Assembly (NCBI GenBank): GCA_013265495.1 | Contig: MU057719.1 | Coordinates: 684,001 to 748,000, forward strand | Direction of reading: 5' to 3' | Length of the DNA stretch: 64,000 nt | Source of the DNA: Vicugna vicugna | Lineage: Eukaryota | Part shown: positions 1 to 12,039 of the stretch, one piece after another | Numbering within the stretch: the first letter of the stretch is position 1 | Layout of the letters: every line of letters starts with the position of its first letter | Made by a program: the position numbers and the translations under genes | Notes under the pieces: model-generated | What the model saw: only the letters and a program-made list of their open reading frames with translations | What the model was told of the DNA's origin: nothing | Database searches by the model: none

Positions 1-2110
1 CAACAGGATTCGGATGGAGCGGGGACAGGAGAAGCAGATGGGAGGGAGCGAGCTGAGGCCGGGGAAGGGACACCTGTGGGCTGGGATCGTACCTACAGGG
101 TGGGCGTCCACGGGGAGAGGGCAGGGAGGGTGCCCTGCGGGTGCCTTGGGGCTGAGCTGAGTGTGTGCTGGACGCCCAGAGGCAGCGGGGGCCTTGCCAG
201 GGCAGGGAAGCGGGGGTGCCGATCCTGCTGGAACTCAAGTCAGGGGCTTCCCTGGCCACCAGGTGTCCCCACTGTCCTGCTCAGTGGAGCTGCAGCATTT
301 TGTTGGTTTTGTTTTTAGAGCAGTGACAGTAGAGGTAATGACATCACTGTGATTATTTCTGAAGTGCTCAGGCACTGAGAGCCTCCTGTGCCCCTCCCGA
401 CAGCAACCCTTCCAAGCAGGCGTTCTCACTCCTGCTCTGCAGAGGAGCCAGGTGACCAGGAGACTCGGGTGGGAGGGAGGGACAGCTGCCAGACTGTCCC
501 TTTTGGTCTCTGTGTGTCCTCAAAGGTGGGGCAGAGGGGTCACACCTGATGTGCCCACCTCCAGGGCAGGGGGGCCTGAGAGAGAGGCTCGGGGGAGGCT
601 GAGGAACCGCAGTGGAGGCGGGCCTCTTCCCACCCCTGCTTGCTTTCTAAAATGCTTTGGTTTTGCTTCGTTTATTTGTTCACTTGTTGGTTAAGTCAGT
701 AGTCAGAATATGCAACGTGATGACAATGTAGATATTGTTGACTCCTGAGCAAACAGTGTCCAACTTTTTGTGTTTCCTGGAGTTAGCAGTAGTTTTTGTT
801 TCCCCCAGCAGTTCAGTTTTCTACGTAGCTGTCACTGTTTTTATCCATCTACCTATCATTTATCTACCTGTCTAACGTTGCTTTTGTCCCTAAGATCATG
901 TGTGTCCCACACACATGATCAGTCCCCATTTCCCACCCCACTGACCTGATTTCTGTCACTATGGGCTTTCCCGTTTCAAACTTCCGATGAAGCGCAGCCA
1001 CGCTGGGTGTGGCCTCTTGTGTCTGGCTTCATTCACTCTGCGTGACGGTGTTAAGATTCATCCCTGTGGTACGTGGATCAGAATTTCACTCTACTTTATG
1101 GCTGAATAATACACTCGTGGATACCGCCATTGGCTTATCCATTCATCTGCTGATGGACGTGTGTCCACTCTTTGGCTGTTGTGAGTAGCGCTGCTGTGAG
1201 CATCCACGTACGGGGTTTGTGTGGACACACACTTTCACTTCTCTCGGGTGGACACCTGGAGGGGGACCGCTGGGTCACAGAGGAGCTCCCTGCTCACTTT
1301 CTGAGGACTGTCGGGCTGTTCCTGAAGCAGCGCACCGCTCTTCGTTCTCAGCGGCAGCGCGGGGGCTGACGTCTCTGCGCCCTCGCAGCCCTTGCCGCCG
1401 GTGCTTCGGGCTCGAGCCGCCAGCGGCGCGTGCGGGGCGGCACCTGGCCGGCTGGGGCCGCGCCTCCCTCGTGACCCGGGGCGCTGGGCGCCGTTTCACG
1501 TGCCTCTCAGCCAGCCGTGCGTCTTCTCTGGGGAAAGTCTGGTCACATGCGTTGCTCATTTTTAATTAGGTTGTTTGTCCTTTGATTGAATTATGAGTTT
1601 TCCATACATTCTGGATTCAGGTCCTTTATCAGACGTATGATTGGCAACTATTTTCTCCCGTTCTGTGGATTGCCTTGTCACTTTCTTGTTGAACTTACTG
1701 CCAACGCAAACGTTCTTAATTTTGATGAAGTGCAATTTATGTATTTTTTTCCTTTTGTCCCTTGTGCTTATGGTGTCATATATAAGAAGGTGTTTCCTAA
1801 CCTAGGTCACAAAGATTTGTCCTCGTATTTTCTTCTAAGAATTCATGGTCTTAGCTCTTATAATTACGTCTATGATCCATTTTAAATTAAATGTTGTGTG
1901 TGGTGTGAGGAAGGGGCCCATCCCCCTCTCCTGCAGGGGGCTGTTCAGTTGTCGCAGCACCACGTGCTGAAGTTGCCCTTTTCCCCACTGAACTGCCTTG
2001 GCATCCTTGTGAAGAATCCGCTGACCATAAACATGAAGGTTTATTTCTGGACCTAGTTCTAGTCCATTGATCTATATGTGTCTGTCCTTATGTTAGTACC
2101 AGTCTGCCTT

Positions 2111-3049
2111 TTTTTTTAAATATATTTTTACTGAAGTACAATCAGTTTACAATGTTGTTCAGTTTATGGTGCACAGCACAATGCTTCAGTCAAAGGGAGC
2201 ACATGTATATTTGTTTTCATATTCTTTTTCACCATAAGTTACTACAAGATATTGAATATAGCTCCCTGTGCTGCACAGTATGAACTTGTTTATTTTGTAT
2301 ATATTAGTTAGTATCTGCAAATCTCAAACTCCCAATTTATCACTTTCCACCCACTTCTACCCCGGTAGCCATAAGCTTGTTTTCTATGTCTGTGAGTCTG
2401 TTTCTGTTTTGTAAATAAGTACATTTGTCTTTTTCTTTTTTTAGATTCTGCATATAAGTGATACTGTATAGTATTTTTCTTTTTCCTTCTGGCTTACTTC
2501 ACTTAGAATGATGATCTCCAGGTCCATCCATGTTGCTGCAAATGGCATTAGTTTATTCTTTTTTATGGCTGAGTAGTATTCTATTACATAAATATACCAC
2601 ATCTTCTTTATCCAGTCATCCATCGATGGACATTTAGGTTGTTTCCATGTCTTGGCTATTGTAAATAGTGCTGCTATGAGCATTGGGGTGCAGGTGTCTT
2701 TTTGAATTAGGATTCCTTCTGAGCTGATTGAGTGGGATTGCTGGGTCATATGGTAAGTCTATTTTTAGTCTTTTGAGGAATCTCCATACTGTTTTCCATA
2801 ATGGCTGCACCTAACTGCATTCCCACCAGCGGTGTAGGAAGGTTCCCTTTTCTCCACAGCCTCTCCAGCATTTGTCATTTGTGGACTTCTGAATGATGGC
2901 CATTCTGACTGGTGTGAGGTGATACCTCACTGTAGTTTTGAGTTGCATTTCTCTGATAATTAGTGATATGGAACATTTTTTTTCATGTGCCTGTTGGCCA
3001 TTTGTATGTCCTCACTGGAGAATTGCTTGTTTAGGTCTCCTGCCCAGTT
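2111..3049 (-). mobile_element. Younger 5'-truncated L1 with an 18-bp target-site duplication
   Basis: T tail at about 2109-2117; ORF2 C-terminus 'KDTCTPMLIAALFTIAKTWKQPKCPS' (2441..2749); TSD ttagtaccagtctgcctt (2093-2110) and ttagtaccagtctgtctt (3050-3067). Confidence 0.93.
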
Positions 3050-3372
3050 TTAGTACCAGTCTGTCTTGAGTATAGTAGCTTTTTAGTGAGTTTTGAAATC
3101 AAAAGTGTAAGTCCTTTGTGTTTGTTATTCTTTTCTTTTTAGAAATTGCTTTGAGGATTCTGGGTCCCATACATTTCCATATGAATTTTAGGATCAGCTT
3201 GTCAACTTCTGCCAAGGAGCCAGCTGAGGTTTTGGCAGGAACTGTGCTGAATCTGCAGGTCAGTTCAGAGAGAACCATCATCTTATCAATAGCTTTGTTT
3301 CATAAACGTGGGATGGCTTTCTGTTTAGTTAGATCTTCTTTAATTTCTTTCAAAACTATGTTCTAATTTTTA

Positions 3373-3503
3373 AAATTTTTTTGTGTGGGGGAAGGTAATT
3401 GAGTTTGTTTGTTTCTTTGTTTTAAATGGAGGTGCTGGAGATTAAACCCAGGACTTCGTGCATGCTAGGCATGCACTATACCACTGACCTACACCCTCCT
3501 CCC
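3373..3503 (-). mobile_element. tRNA-derived SINE (vic-1-like, camelid)
   Basis: Reverse complement reads gggaggagggtgtaggtcagtggtatagtgcatgcctagcatgcacgaagtcctgggtttaatctccagcacctcc, with A/B-box-like motifs, then an A-rich tail. Confidence 0.85.
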
Positions 3504-4469
3504 ATTCCAGTTTTTAGAGAACAAGTTTTGCACTTCTTTTGTGAGCTTTATTTGTAAGCATTTTACTATTTTTGATGATATTGTAAATGGAATTATTTCC
3601 TTAATTTCATTTTCGATTGTCCACTGCTAGTGTAGAGAAGTAGCCATTTTTGTTTGTTTGTTGTATACTGACCTTGAGTCCTGTGAGCTCGTTGAACTAT
3701 TTCACGAGGTGTAATCATTTTCAGTGGGCTCCTTAGGATCGTCTGTATGTAAGATCACGTCACTGCACATAGAGATAGTTTTACTTCTTCTTTTCCTCTC
3801 TGGATGCCTTTTATTACTTTTTCTTGCCTAATGCTGCCCTAGCCCAGAGCTCCAGTACAATGTTAAATGGTGGGTGTAGACATCCTTCTCTTGGCCTGGT
3901 CTTCGAGGAAAAGCTGCAAACAAGTATGCATTTGCTGTGTGTGTTTCTTAGATACCCATTATCAGGAAGTCCCCTTCTGTTCCTAGATGCTGAGTGGTTT
4001 TGTCCTGGAAAGTGTTGGATTCTGTCAAATGCCTTTTTCTTCATCTACTGAAGTAATTAGTGGTCTCCATCCATTAAGCTCTTGATATGGTGTATTACAT
4101 AGATTGATTTTCAGATGTTAAACCAACCTTGCAGTCCTGGGGTAAATCCCATTGGGCATGGTATATAATCCTTTTTATATGTTACTGGATTCAGTTGCCT
4201 AGTATTTTGTCAAGGATATTTGCATCTATACTAGTAACTGTCACAGTTTCCCCCAAACATCTCAACAGATCTGTCAAACGCCCTTCAATAATACCTGCCG
4301 CGTGCTCACACACAGCGAAGCGATCACATCAAGTCTGCAAGTCCCATCCCCCGCCCCGGAGCGGCCCTCCTGCCGCTTCTGACTTTCTCCGTCAGCCTCT
4401 GCTTGACTGTCACCCTGGGACCTTCCTCGTCCCTGCTCTGTTTGGATCTGTTGCTTTCTGGATCCATGG

Positions 4470-5100
4470 CACGGTCTCTGACCACTTCCTGAGAAGGGGT
4501 CCAGGGGGAGTAAATGTTCCTGTGTCCATGAATGTCTGAAAAAAAGAATCTGTATTCTTTTCTTATACTCAGTTGATGGATTGACTGGGTCAAGATCTCT
4601 GCATTTGAAATTGTTGTCAGGATTTTGAGGACTTGCTCCAGGTCGTCCAGCCTCGAGGGAGGATGTTTGTTTATTTAGGACCCACCTAGTCTGCTGACGT
4701 CCTGACGTTCCGACGTTCCTCCCTGGTGTGGCCCCGTGGCAGCCCTGGTCCAGTCGCAGCACTCGGTGGGCACGTGTGGGCCCTTCAGTCTGGGATTCTC
4801 AATTTTTCATCTGAGAAAACATCTTGGATTGTTGCTTTGACTTTCCTTTTACTCTGTTTTCTCTTCCTGGAACCCCTGTAAGGTGGGTGTCAGACCTTCA
4901 GGATTCACTTTCTAATTTCCGTATTTTTTTCCCTCTCCTGGTTTCCATGCCTTCCCCTGTTTTAGCCTAACGTCTGGAAGCTGCTCCTGGCCACGCCCGG
5001 TCCTTCTGCTGAACTTTCCGTTTGGATGCGCATGCCTCACTGGAAGCCCCTTTCTCGGTCTGGGACTGTTCCTCCCCCACGGCACCTTGTTCTATGAGCC
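4470..5100 (-). mobile_element. Very old L1/HAL1 ORF1-like remnant
   Basis: T-rich antisense L1 ORF1-type phrasing; highly decayed. Confidence 0.45.
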
Positions 5101-5488
5101 GCGTCTTCTCGCAGCTCTGAAGCTCCCAGTGTGGTTTTGTTTTTAAGAGGGACTTTCCTCAGGCTGACTGGAAGCTTGGAGGAGCAGGGTCAGGAGAGCC
5201 TCATGCAGAGGGTTGAGGGGTGAGCCCTTCTCTTGGTGAGGGACCCCAGTGTCAGCATCTGGAGTCTTCTCCAGGCTACTCAGTGTCTCCACAAAAGAGT
5301 CTCCAATCCACTTTTCAGTGGGGAGGGCAGCCCATTCCTCACCATCCCTGAGCCTGGAGCCTCCGGGGACCCATTTCTCTGGAGACAGACCTCAGGGCCC
5401 TGCAGGACAAGCCAGGCCGTGGCTGACAGGGCAGGAGGGAGGGGGTCTGGGTCAGGCTGCTTTGAGAGACCCTAGTCTGACTTCCTGT

Positions 5489-5645
5489 TCACACACTCAC
5501 AGATGCTCTCACACTCACTCACGGACACACCTGCACACACATGAACACACACATGTGCACACGTGCACACTCACATGCGTGCACTCTCACACACAGGCAT
5601 ATACTCATGCACACGCATGTGCACACACACAAATACACACTCACC
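5489..5645. repeat. Degenerate (CA)n/(CACA-TG)-rich simple repeat
   Basis: acacactcac...cacacacatgtgcacacgtgcacac...; produces the His/Thr-rich spurious ORFs. Confidence 0.85.
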
Positions 5646-6111
5646 ACCCCTGTGGAGGGACCTGGGGTTGCCCCAGGCTCGGCCTCTGCAGATTGGAGGG
5701 GACGAAGGGGACAGAGGGGATGGAGGGAGGCCTGACTCTTCATCTCCCTCCCCCAATGCTGAGCTACGTCACCGCCCTCCTTTGTCCGCTCTGCACCCTC
5801 CAGTGTTGGTTAACGTTCTCATGTCTGCTGTTCACAACCCTGTTCTCTTATCTCTGCGGGTTATAGGTTTTCTTCCCTCCCTCCCGCCTTCATTCCTCTT
5901 TCTTACGTTTGTGCTGCTGTTTTAGGGGCTTTGAACAGGGGTGGTTGTCCACTGTGTAACCTGAGACCCCGGGTCCACTCTGTCCTCAGGGTCCTACAGG
6001 GAGGAGGAGGGGGGTGCCCCGGACCCAGCATGGGCCTATGACCCGTGGTGGAGGTGCTGGGCCCACCGCCCAGCCCGGCCGACCCCCAGGCCTCTCTGCT
6101 CTGCCTTCTAG

Positions 6112-6216
6112 AACATGCCCAACGTCCGTGATCACGACGCCTCGGTCTACCTCCGCCTCCAAGGGGACGCCTTGTCTGTGGGCGGCTATGAGGCCAACCC
6201 CATCTTCTGGGAGGAG
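6112..6216 (+). CDS. SARDH: Sarcosine dehydrogenase exon (human exon 7), 105 nt: [35 protein letters not shown]
   Basis: Acceptor ttctag|AAC and donor GAG|gtgaga; peptide recognisable as SARDH; phase 0/0. Upstream exons lie outside the window. Confidence 0.97.
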
Positions 6217-6639
6217 GTGAGACAGAGGGCTGGAGGGAGGGGTGGGGCTGCGTCTCAGCGTGGAGATGCCGCCTTCCAGAGACCTCCCCTCCTGGAGCGC
6301 CCCGGGCCCTCGCCTGAGAAATGGCAGGACCCCCACCCAGCAAGGTCGGACTCGCTTTTCTCCAGTCCCTGGAGAAGCTGGCACACAGGCGGATCCAGAC
6401 CCGGGCGGGTGGAGGGCTTGGCTCAAAACATCAACAGTCAGAGGCTGCAAAAAGTGAAACAAGGACTTTAGAAAGTGGTCAAAACATTTAAGCCTTCTGT
6501 TCACCAGCAACCGCCACCCCCCACCCCGCCCTGTGGCTGCAGCTGTGTCCCCCAGAGGCCCGGGCTGCTGTCCTGGGAGCTTCCGGGGCTGAAGCGGGCC
6601 CAGCGGCCCCTCGAGCGTGTATGGGCCACCCCAGCTCCC

Positions 6640-7230
6640 ACATCCGTGCATTTAGTCCATGAACTGGATGGCAAATGACGGCTTTGGGCTGGACACTGTT
6701 TTACTTTTGGGGGCAAGAGGGAGGCCAAGACAGAAGTCCCTGTCCCCGGAGACCTGTGTTCTCGTGGGGAGACACCCAGGAAACGGTGCTGTTTTGGATG
6801 GTGATCTGCGCGTTGAGTGAAGTTAGCCTAGTGAGACTTGGGGGGAAGGATGGCCTCCAGGCTGTGCTCAGGTGGGGCTCCCGAGGACGTGGCGTCCGCA
6901 CAGAGCCCTGCAGGCAGAGGGCCGGGGGAGCTGTTCCAGGTGGCGGTGAAGGCCTTGAGGTCAGATCAAGCTCGCCCTTCTCCAAGAACTGAAGGAAGGT
7001 CAGGGTGGCTGCAGGTCAGTGGTAGACGTGGGCAGGGCCTGCTCGCATAGGGCTCTGAGAGCCACAGGGAGTCACAGGGAGCTGCGGGAGGCTTGAGAGC
7101 AAGAAAGGGCTCGATCTGACTCAGGAGAATGAGGTGAAGGAGGGCCGGGAGCAGCGCGACCAGGCAGGGGCCATGGTAACAATCAAGGGCAGAGCAGGTG
7201 GGCCTGGGCCCGGGCGGTGGGCAGAGAAGG
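6640..7230 (-). mobile_element. L2 fragments (decayed)
   Basis: Purine-rich L2-like phrases (aagacagaagtccctgtccc, gggagctgttccagg, gaaggccttgagg); approximate. Confidence 0.45.
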
Positions 7231-7389
7231 GGGAGCAGACAGGCCCCGCTGAGGGGAGGGGAGGGGCAGGCAAACTGAGGGGACCGGAGGGGACCAGCCC
7301 AGCCCTGTCACCCGCCTAACACGAGAGGCTGGCCAGGCCCTCCCGGTGGGGCGGCTGTCATAGGTCAGGTCCCCTGCCCGCCTTCCCAG

Positions 7390-7519
7390 GTGTCTGACAA
7401 GTTTGCCTTTGGCCTCTTCGACCTGGACTGGGATGTGTTCGCCCAGCACATTGAAGGTGCCATCCGCCGGGTCCCTGTGCTGGAGAGGACAGGGGTTAAG
7501 TCCACAGTCTGTGGCCCAG
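7390..7519 (+). CDS. SARDH: SARDH exon 8, 130 nt: [43 protein letters not shown](E)
   Basis: cccag|GTG ... CCAG|gtgagt; phase 0/1, continues the previous exon in frame. Confidence 0.97.
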
Positions 7520-8782
7520 GTGAGTGGGGAGGCCTGGAGCCAGGGGAGGGCTGCCCCCTGAGGCCGGCCTGAGCCAGGCACAGATGGCTATCCCTCAGTC
7601 CAGGGCCCCGGGGCCGCGCTCGCCCCTCTCTGCAGGCAGATCTCTGTGAGATCGGGGAGGGCAGAAATGTGCTCATCGGCGCGCAGCCAGGCCTCTTCCC
7701 TCCCACCTGCCCCCATGCAAGCCCGTCCTGACGTACCCAGCCAGGCTCAATCCCCTAGAACTTGGTGTTTCCATCTGTAAAATGGGATGAGCCCCTCCCA
7801 GCACCCTGTGAGGCTGAGCCAGGAAAGGAGGGGCCAGCCAAGCCCTTTCCTGACAGCCTTCTCAAAGGGCTGCAGGCCCCCAGTTCCGAGTCAGTCTCAC
7901 CCCTTAGTCCTCTGGCCTCGGTGGCCAGCCGGCAGGCCACACGCTCACACAGAATGGAAAGGCCCAAGCCCGGGCCTCCTCTCTGGCCCCTGGGAGAGCT
8001 GACTCAAGGTGGGCCGTGAACAAAGGCGCTCAGCTCCGAGTGCCCCCTCCCCAGAGGTATGTGGCGCAGCCCCTGCCCCTGCCCCGCCGGCCGGTGTGCG
8101 CACAGATCGCTGGGGAGACGCCCAGAGCTGAAGCATTTAGCCAAGGCCCCTGGTTTATTTTTTCAGGGCCTGCCAGCCAGGCTAGACTTTGAAAGTCCAA
8201 ATCGATGTGTCATGTCCTTGCATAAGTGACTCCCAGCTCAGCAGGGACAATGCCGCCCAATGACTAAAGCTTGTACAGGGCCCTTCTGGGGTTGCCCAGG
8301 GTGCTGAGGGACCCCAGGGTCAGGGAGGCCCATGCACACTGAGCAAGTAGTATGAGCTGGGTCCCAAACGCTGTGCAGCTGGAGATTTGAATGTGATTTT
8401 ATTTTTAATTTTTTTGGTGGGTTTTTAATACAATTTTAAAGCCCAGGGGCAACGTGAGCAGGGATGTGGTGTGAAGGAGTGCAGTGTCCATGCAGCCCCT
8501 TCCGACTTCAGGGTGCCTGCCCCCCTGCCCGGGCACACTAGGAGCAACGGGCAGAGCTCTTGGAGGCTGGGCAGAGCTCGCGTAGTGGGAGCCTGGGTAG
8601 GTGGGCACCAGGGCAGGGGAGGCAGCGTGTTCCATGGGCCTGGGGGCCTGGCACAGGGTGGCCTCTGGGTGGTAGAGGGGCCCAAGCTGACCCTAAAGCC
8701 CAGACATTTCAGCTGCGGGGCTGAGTGTGGCTGAGCCCAGGGGTCAGGCACCCACTGCATCACTTATTGCCGCTCCTAAACG

Positions 8783-9356
8783 TGTTGCAGAAAAGTGTGT
8801 CACAGCGCAGTGTTACAGCTCAATGTTACAGCTACCTGGATCTGGGCGAGAGACCAAGCAGCACTCTGGGAGTTGGAAAACTCAGAACTCAGTTTTATTA
8901 CACCAGCAGCCCCAGAGCACTTAGCACTCCAAGCTCTAGACCTCGTCTGTGGGTTGACACAGGCTTTTATAGGCTGCAAGTTTACAGTTTGCAACATCAT
9001 ATTCAAATAAGGTGTAACAAAAGTTGACTGATTAGGAACAAGCTTTGTAGAAATGGACCAATCAGGAGGGAGAGATAACCAATCAGGAATGAGGTAAGTG
9101 GGCCAATCAGGAGTGAGAGAAATAACCAATCAGGAGTGAGCTCCATGCAAACGAAGTACTACAAATGGACCAATCAGGAGTTAGCTCAGGGAACCGATAG
9201 AATTTTAGGGGTAAGTTCTACTTTCCTAGAAGTAAGCCGTTTCAGAGGCAAAGAGTGAGATAAAGCCGGTGGGCCAGGGAACCGGATGGTGCGGGCAGGG
9301 GAGTAGTGGCCTTGCCTGGGGGTCCTGCCGCTCTTTTTATGGGGCTTCCCACCTCA
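8783..9356 (-). mobile_element. ERV1-type solo LTR, 574 bp, 4-bp TSD AACG
   Basis: TG...CA termini; aacg at 8779-8782 and 9357-9360; five CCAATCAGGA boxes (9058-9174); minus-strand TATAAAAG (8971-8964) and AATAAA (8899-8894) in U3-R-U5 order. Confidence 0.9.
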
Positions 9357-11283
9357 AACGGGCACCCCGCCTGGGCCAGAGGTAGATGCACACAGCTGGC
9401 AGGGCGGACCCGTGGGGACAGTGCTTGGATAGGAGGTACAGGGGTGGTGGGTGCAGGGTGTGCCCCCCAGAGTGGGGACCTCTGAGCCAAACCCAGAGGG
9501 GTGAATGGCGCCGTGCGGGACTGCGGGATGAGGCCGTCCGTGCAGGCCGAGACAGGCCGCCCCAGGGCGGTTCCAGCACCATCACCTGGGAATCCCCTGG
9601 CCTTCCTGCTCAGATGGGATCCCTAGTCCTCAACACAGGCAGGAAGTGGGTGGGGTGAGCCTGCCCGGGGTGGAGAGAGGTCTAGAAAGAGAATCGCCAG
9701 AGAGTAAACTGTGTCTGAGGCTCTGGCTTCCCTGAGCCTTGGTGTCCTCCTCTGTGACACGGGTGACAGGTGGGGGGAGGCAAGGAAGCTGCACATGCGG
9801 GGCAGGCCAGCAAATGGGTGCCCGCAGGCTGAGCAGGGAGTGAGGACTGAGGGGGCAGGGGGCCAATGCCCAGCCTGTGGCCAGCTGGGGAGTCCAGCCC
9901 CCTCCTTGCCGGTGCACATGGTGTCTCCACGGCTGCCAGCCCCGGCTGCTTTAAACTGTTCGGCTCGTAAAGGAGCCTTTGGTGACAGGACTGGGGCACA
10001 GGGTTCCTGGTGGGGGCTGAAGACTCACTGCCCGCTGGCAGCTTCCCGGGGCTTGCATGGGACTGGCAGTGAGAAACGCAGGCCTGAAGCAGTCCCAGGG
10101 GCACGCACACCCCGAGGAGTGTTCTCATTTTAATTAGGCGAGGGTCACTGCCCCCAGCAAGCCCCACTTGGGGGGAGACGTGCCTGTGAGGACATCTGGG
10201 GTCTGGTTTCCTGGCTGTGCGGGAGGTCTCATGGGGACAGCGGCTCCTCTTCTGGCCGGGGAGAACGCGCCGGTCAGTGGCCCTGGGCCTCCAGGACAGA
10301 GCACGGAAGTCCCAGGCCCCTTTGACTTCGGGGAAGCTGGGGGCAGGCAGACGTCTCATTCCTGGGTCGCTAGGTCAGAGCCAAGGTGGTGGCCCATCCG
10401 CACTGCTGGGAGGCCCTGTGCAGCCTGCGTCCTCCAGTTGCTCCGTCTTGAGTCATTTGTCAAACATCCAGCGACCCTTGCCCTCCAGACTCCTCTCCTG
10501 CTGGCTGTCTCCTCAAATTCCCTGTGAGGCTGTTCAGAACTTCCTGGAAACATTTCCAGCGCCCTCAAGTGCTCACTGGGTCATCCCCAAACAGCCGTGG
10601 CCGCTCCCTCCTTTCCGCCCGGCCACCACCTTCTCCGGGCCGCCCCGGTGCCCACCCTGGCGCCCACCCCGGCGTCCTCCTGGCCTCCCCTCCTTGCCTC
10701 TTGCAGCCCGACGTCCACACAGGCCCAGGGAAGCCCCCTCCCCTCCTGCCCTCCACTCTGACCCGCCTCTTCCCTCCTCCCTGCGGCCTTTCTGCCCTCA
10801 GGGGCCCTGAGCTGTTTGGACGCTTCCCCAGGTCCCCAGGGCTAGCGGCCTCCTTCAGCTCAGATGCTGACAATCAGAGGCTGGGGTCGCAGGTCACTGG
10901 CAGGAAGCAGGGCTGCGCTTGTGACCAGTGCACAGGGAGGTTAAGACCCCAGCTGGGAGCCAGGCGGCTCTGACCCACGGCCCCAGTTCCTTGGTGACGG
11001 AGTAAATGAGACCCATGCTGCACAGCCACACAGTAACCCGGAGTTATGATGGTGCCAGGCGGCGCGGGGGCAGCCAGCCCTCCAGCCACTCCAGACCCCT
11101 GATCCATTGTGTGTTCGGCCCAGACACTCTCTTTTCTGCTTATGTGAGCATTCCGCTTTCTGTCCCCCTCACTCTCCTGTCAGCTCCCCGAAGGGGTGGG
11201 ACTGGTCTCGTTCAGAGCTGCCTCCACAGCTGAGTTCTGGGTACAAACAGGTGGGCTGCAAATATTTGCAGATGGACTAACGG

Positions 11284-11380
11284 CCCTATGAGGTAAGTAC
11301 CACGAGCCTGATTTTACAGATGAGGAAACCAAGTGAAGCAGGTTTCACACCCAGGACTGTAGCTGCAAAGTTGAGCTCTT
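11284..11380 (-). mobile_element. MIR fragment
   Basis: Core-like ccctatgaggtaagtac...attttacagatgaggaaacc. Confidence 0.7.
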
Positions 11381-11952
11381 TATAATTCTGCCCAGGGGTC
11401 CCTCTCCCTCCCCATCCAGGCTTCTGGCAGCAGACGGAAGCAGGAGGCTTGCTCCCTCTCCCAAAGAACTTACAACCCTTTAGTCACTCAGTGAACATTC
11501 GCGAGGCCCTGTGCTAGCTCTCAGGACACAGCAGCGAGCAAAGCCTGGTCCGCGCCCTCGGGGCGCTCAGCCCGGTGGGTAGAGTGCCCTGCTGTCACCA
11601 GCAGGAAGGTGATGCAGCCCCGGAAGCCATGTGCTGTGCTGGCGGCTCAGGGAGAGGCCCCACCAGCAGCAGAATGCCGACAGTCACGAGACACACCCGG
11701 ACCCCACAAGGCAGGAAGTTCAGGTCAGGCCCAGGTCGAAAGTTCTGGCAGTGAAGGCCGAGGAGCTCAGGGGAGGGGCAGGGGCAGTCAGGGGGCGCCC
11801 TGCAGGAAGGGGCGTTGAGATGGGTTCTGAGGATGGGGAGGGTCTGGATGACGGAGGCAGCTGCACACCCCCACTCAGTTACGCCCTCTTGGGAGACCCC
11901 ACCCGGGAGCACGTGGCCAGGAGGGAGCTTCAGGCCTTCCCCACCCTTTCAG

Positions 11953-12039
11953 AGTCATTCACTCCAGACCACAAACCCCTGATGGGGGAGGCGCCCGAGC
12001 TGCGCGGGTTCTACCTGGGCTGCGGCTTCAACAGCGCAG
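11953..12039 (+). CDS. SARDH: SARDH exon 9, 87 nt: (E)[28 protein letters not shown](G)
   Basis: tttcag|AG ... GCAG|gtgagt; FTPD and GFNS motifs of the DAO/FAD domain; phase 1/1. Confidence 0.97.

Larger units (their letters stand above)
900..4230 (-). mobile_element. Old L1 (L1M-type) 3' UTR plus ORF2 fragment, interrupted by a younger L1 and a SINE
   Basis: Antisense ORF2 remnants, e.g. ORF 3099..3281 'EVDKLILKFIWKCMGPRI'; typical L1 3' end phrases; boundaries approximate. Confidence 0.85.
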
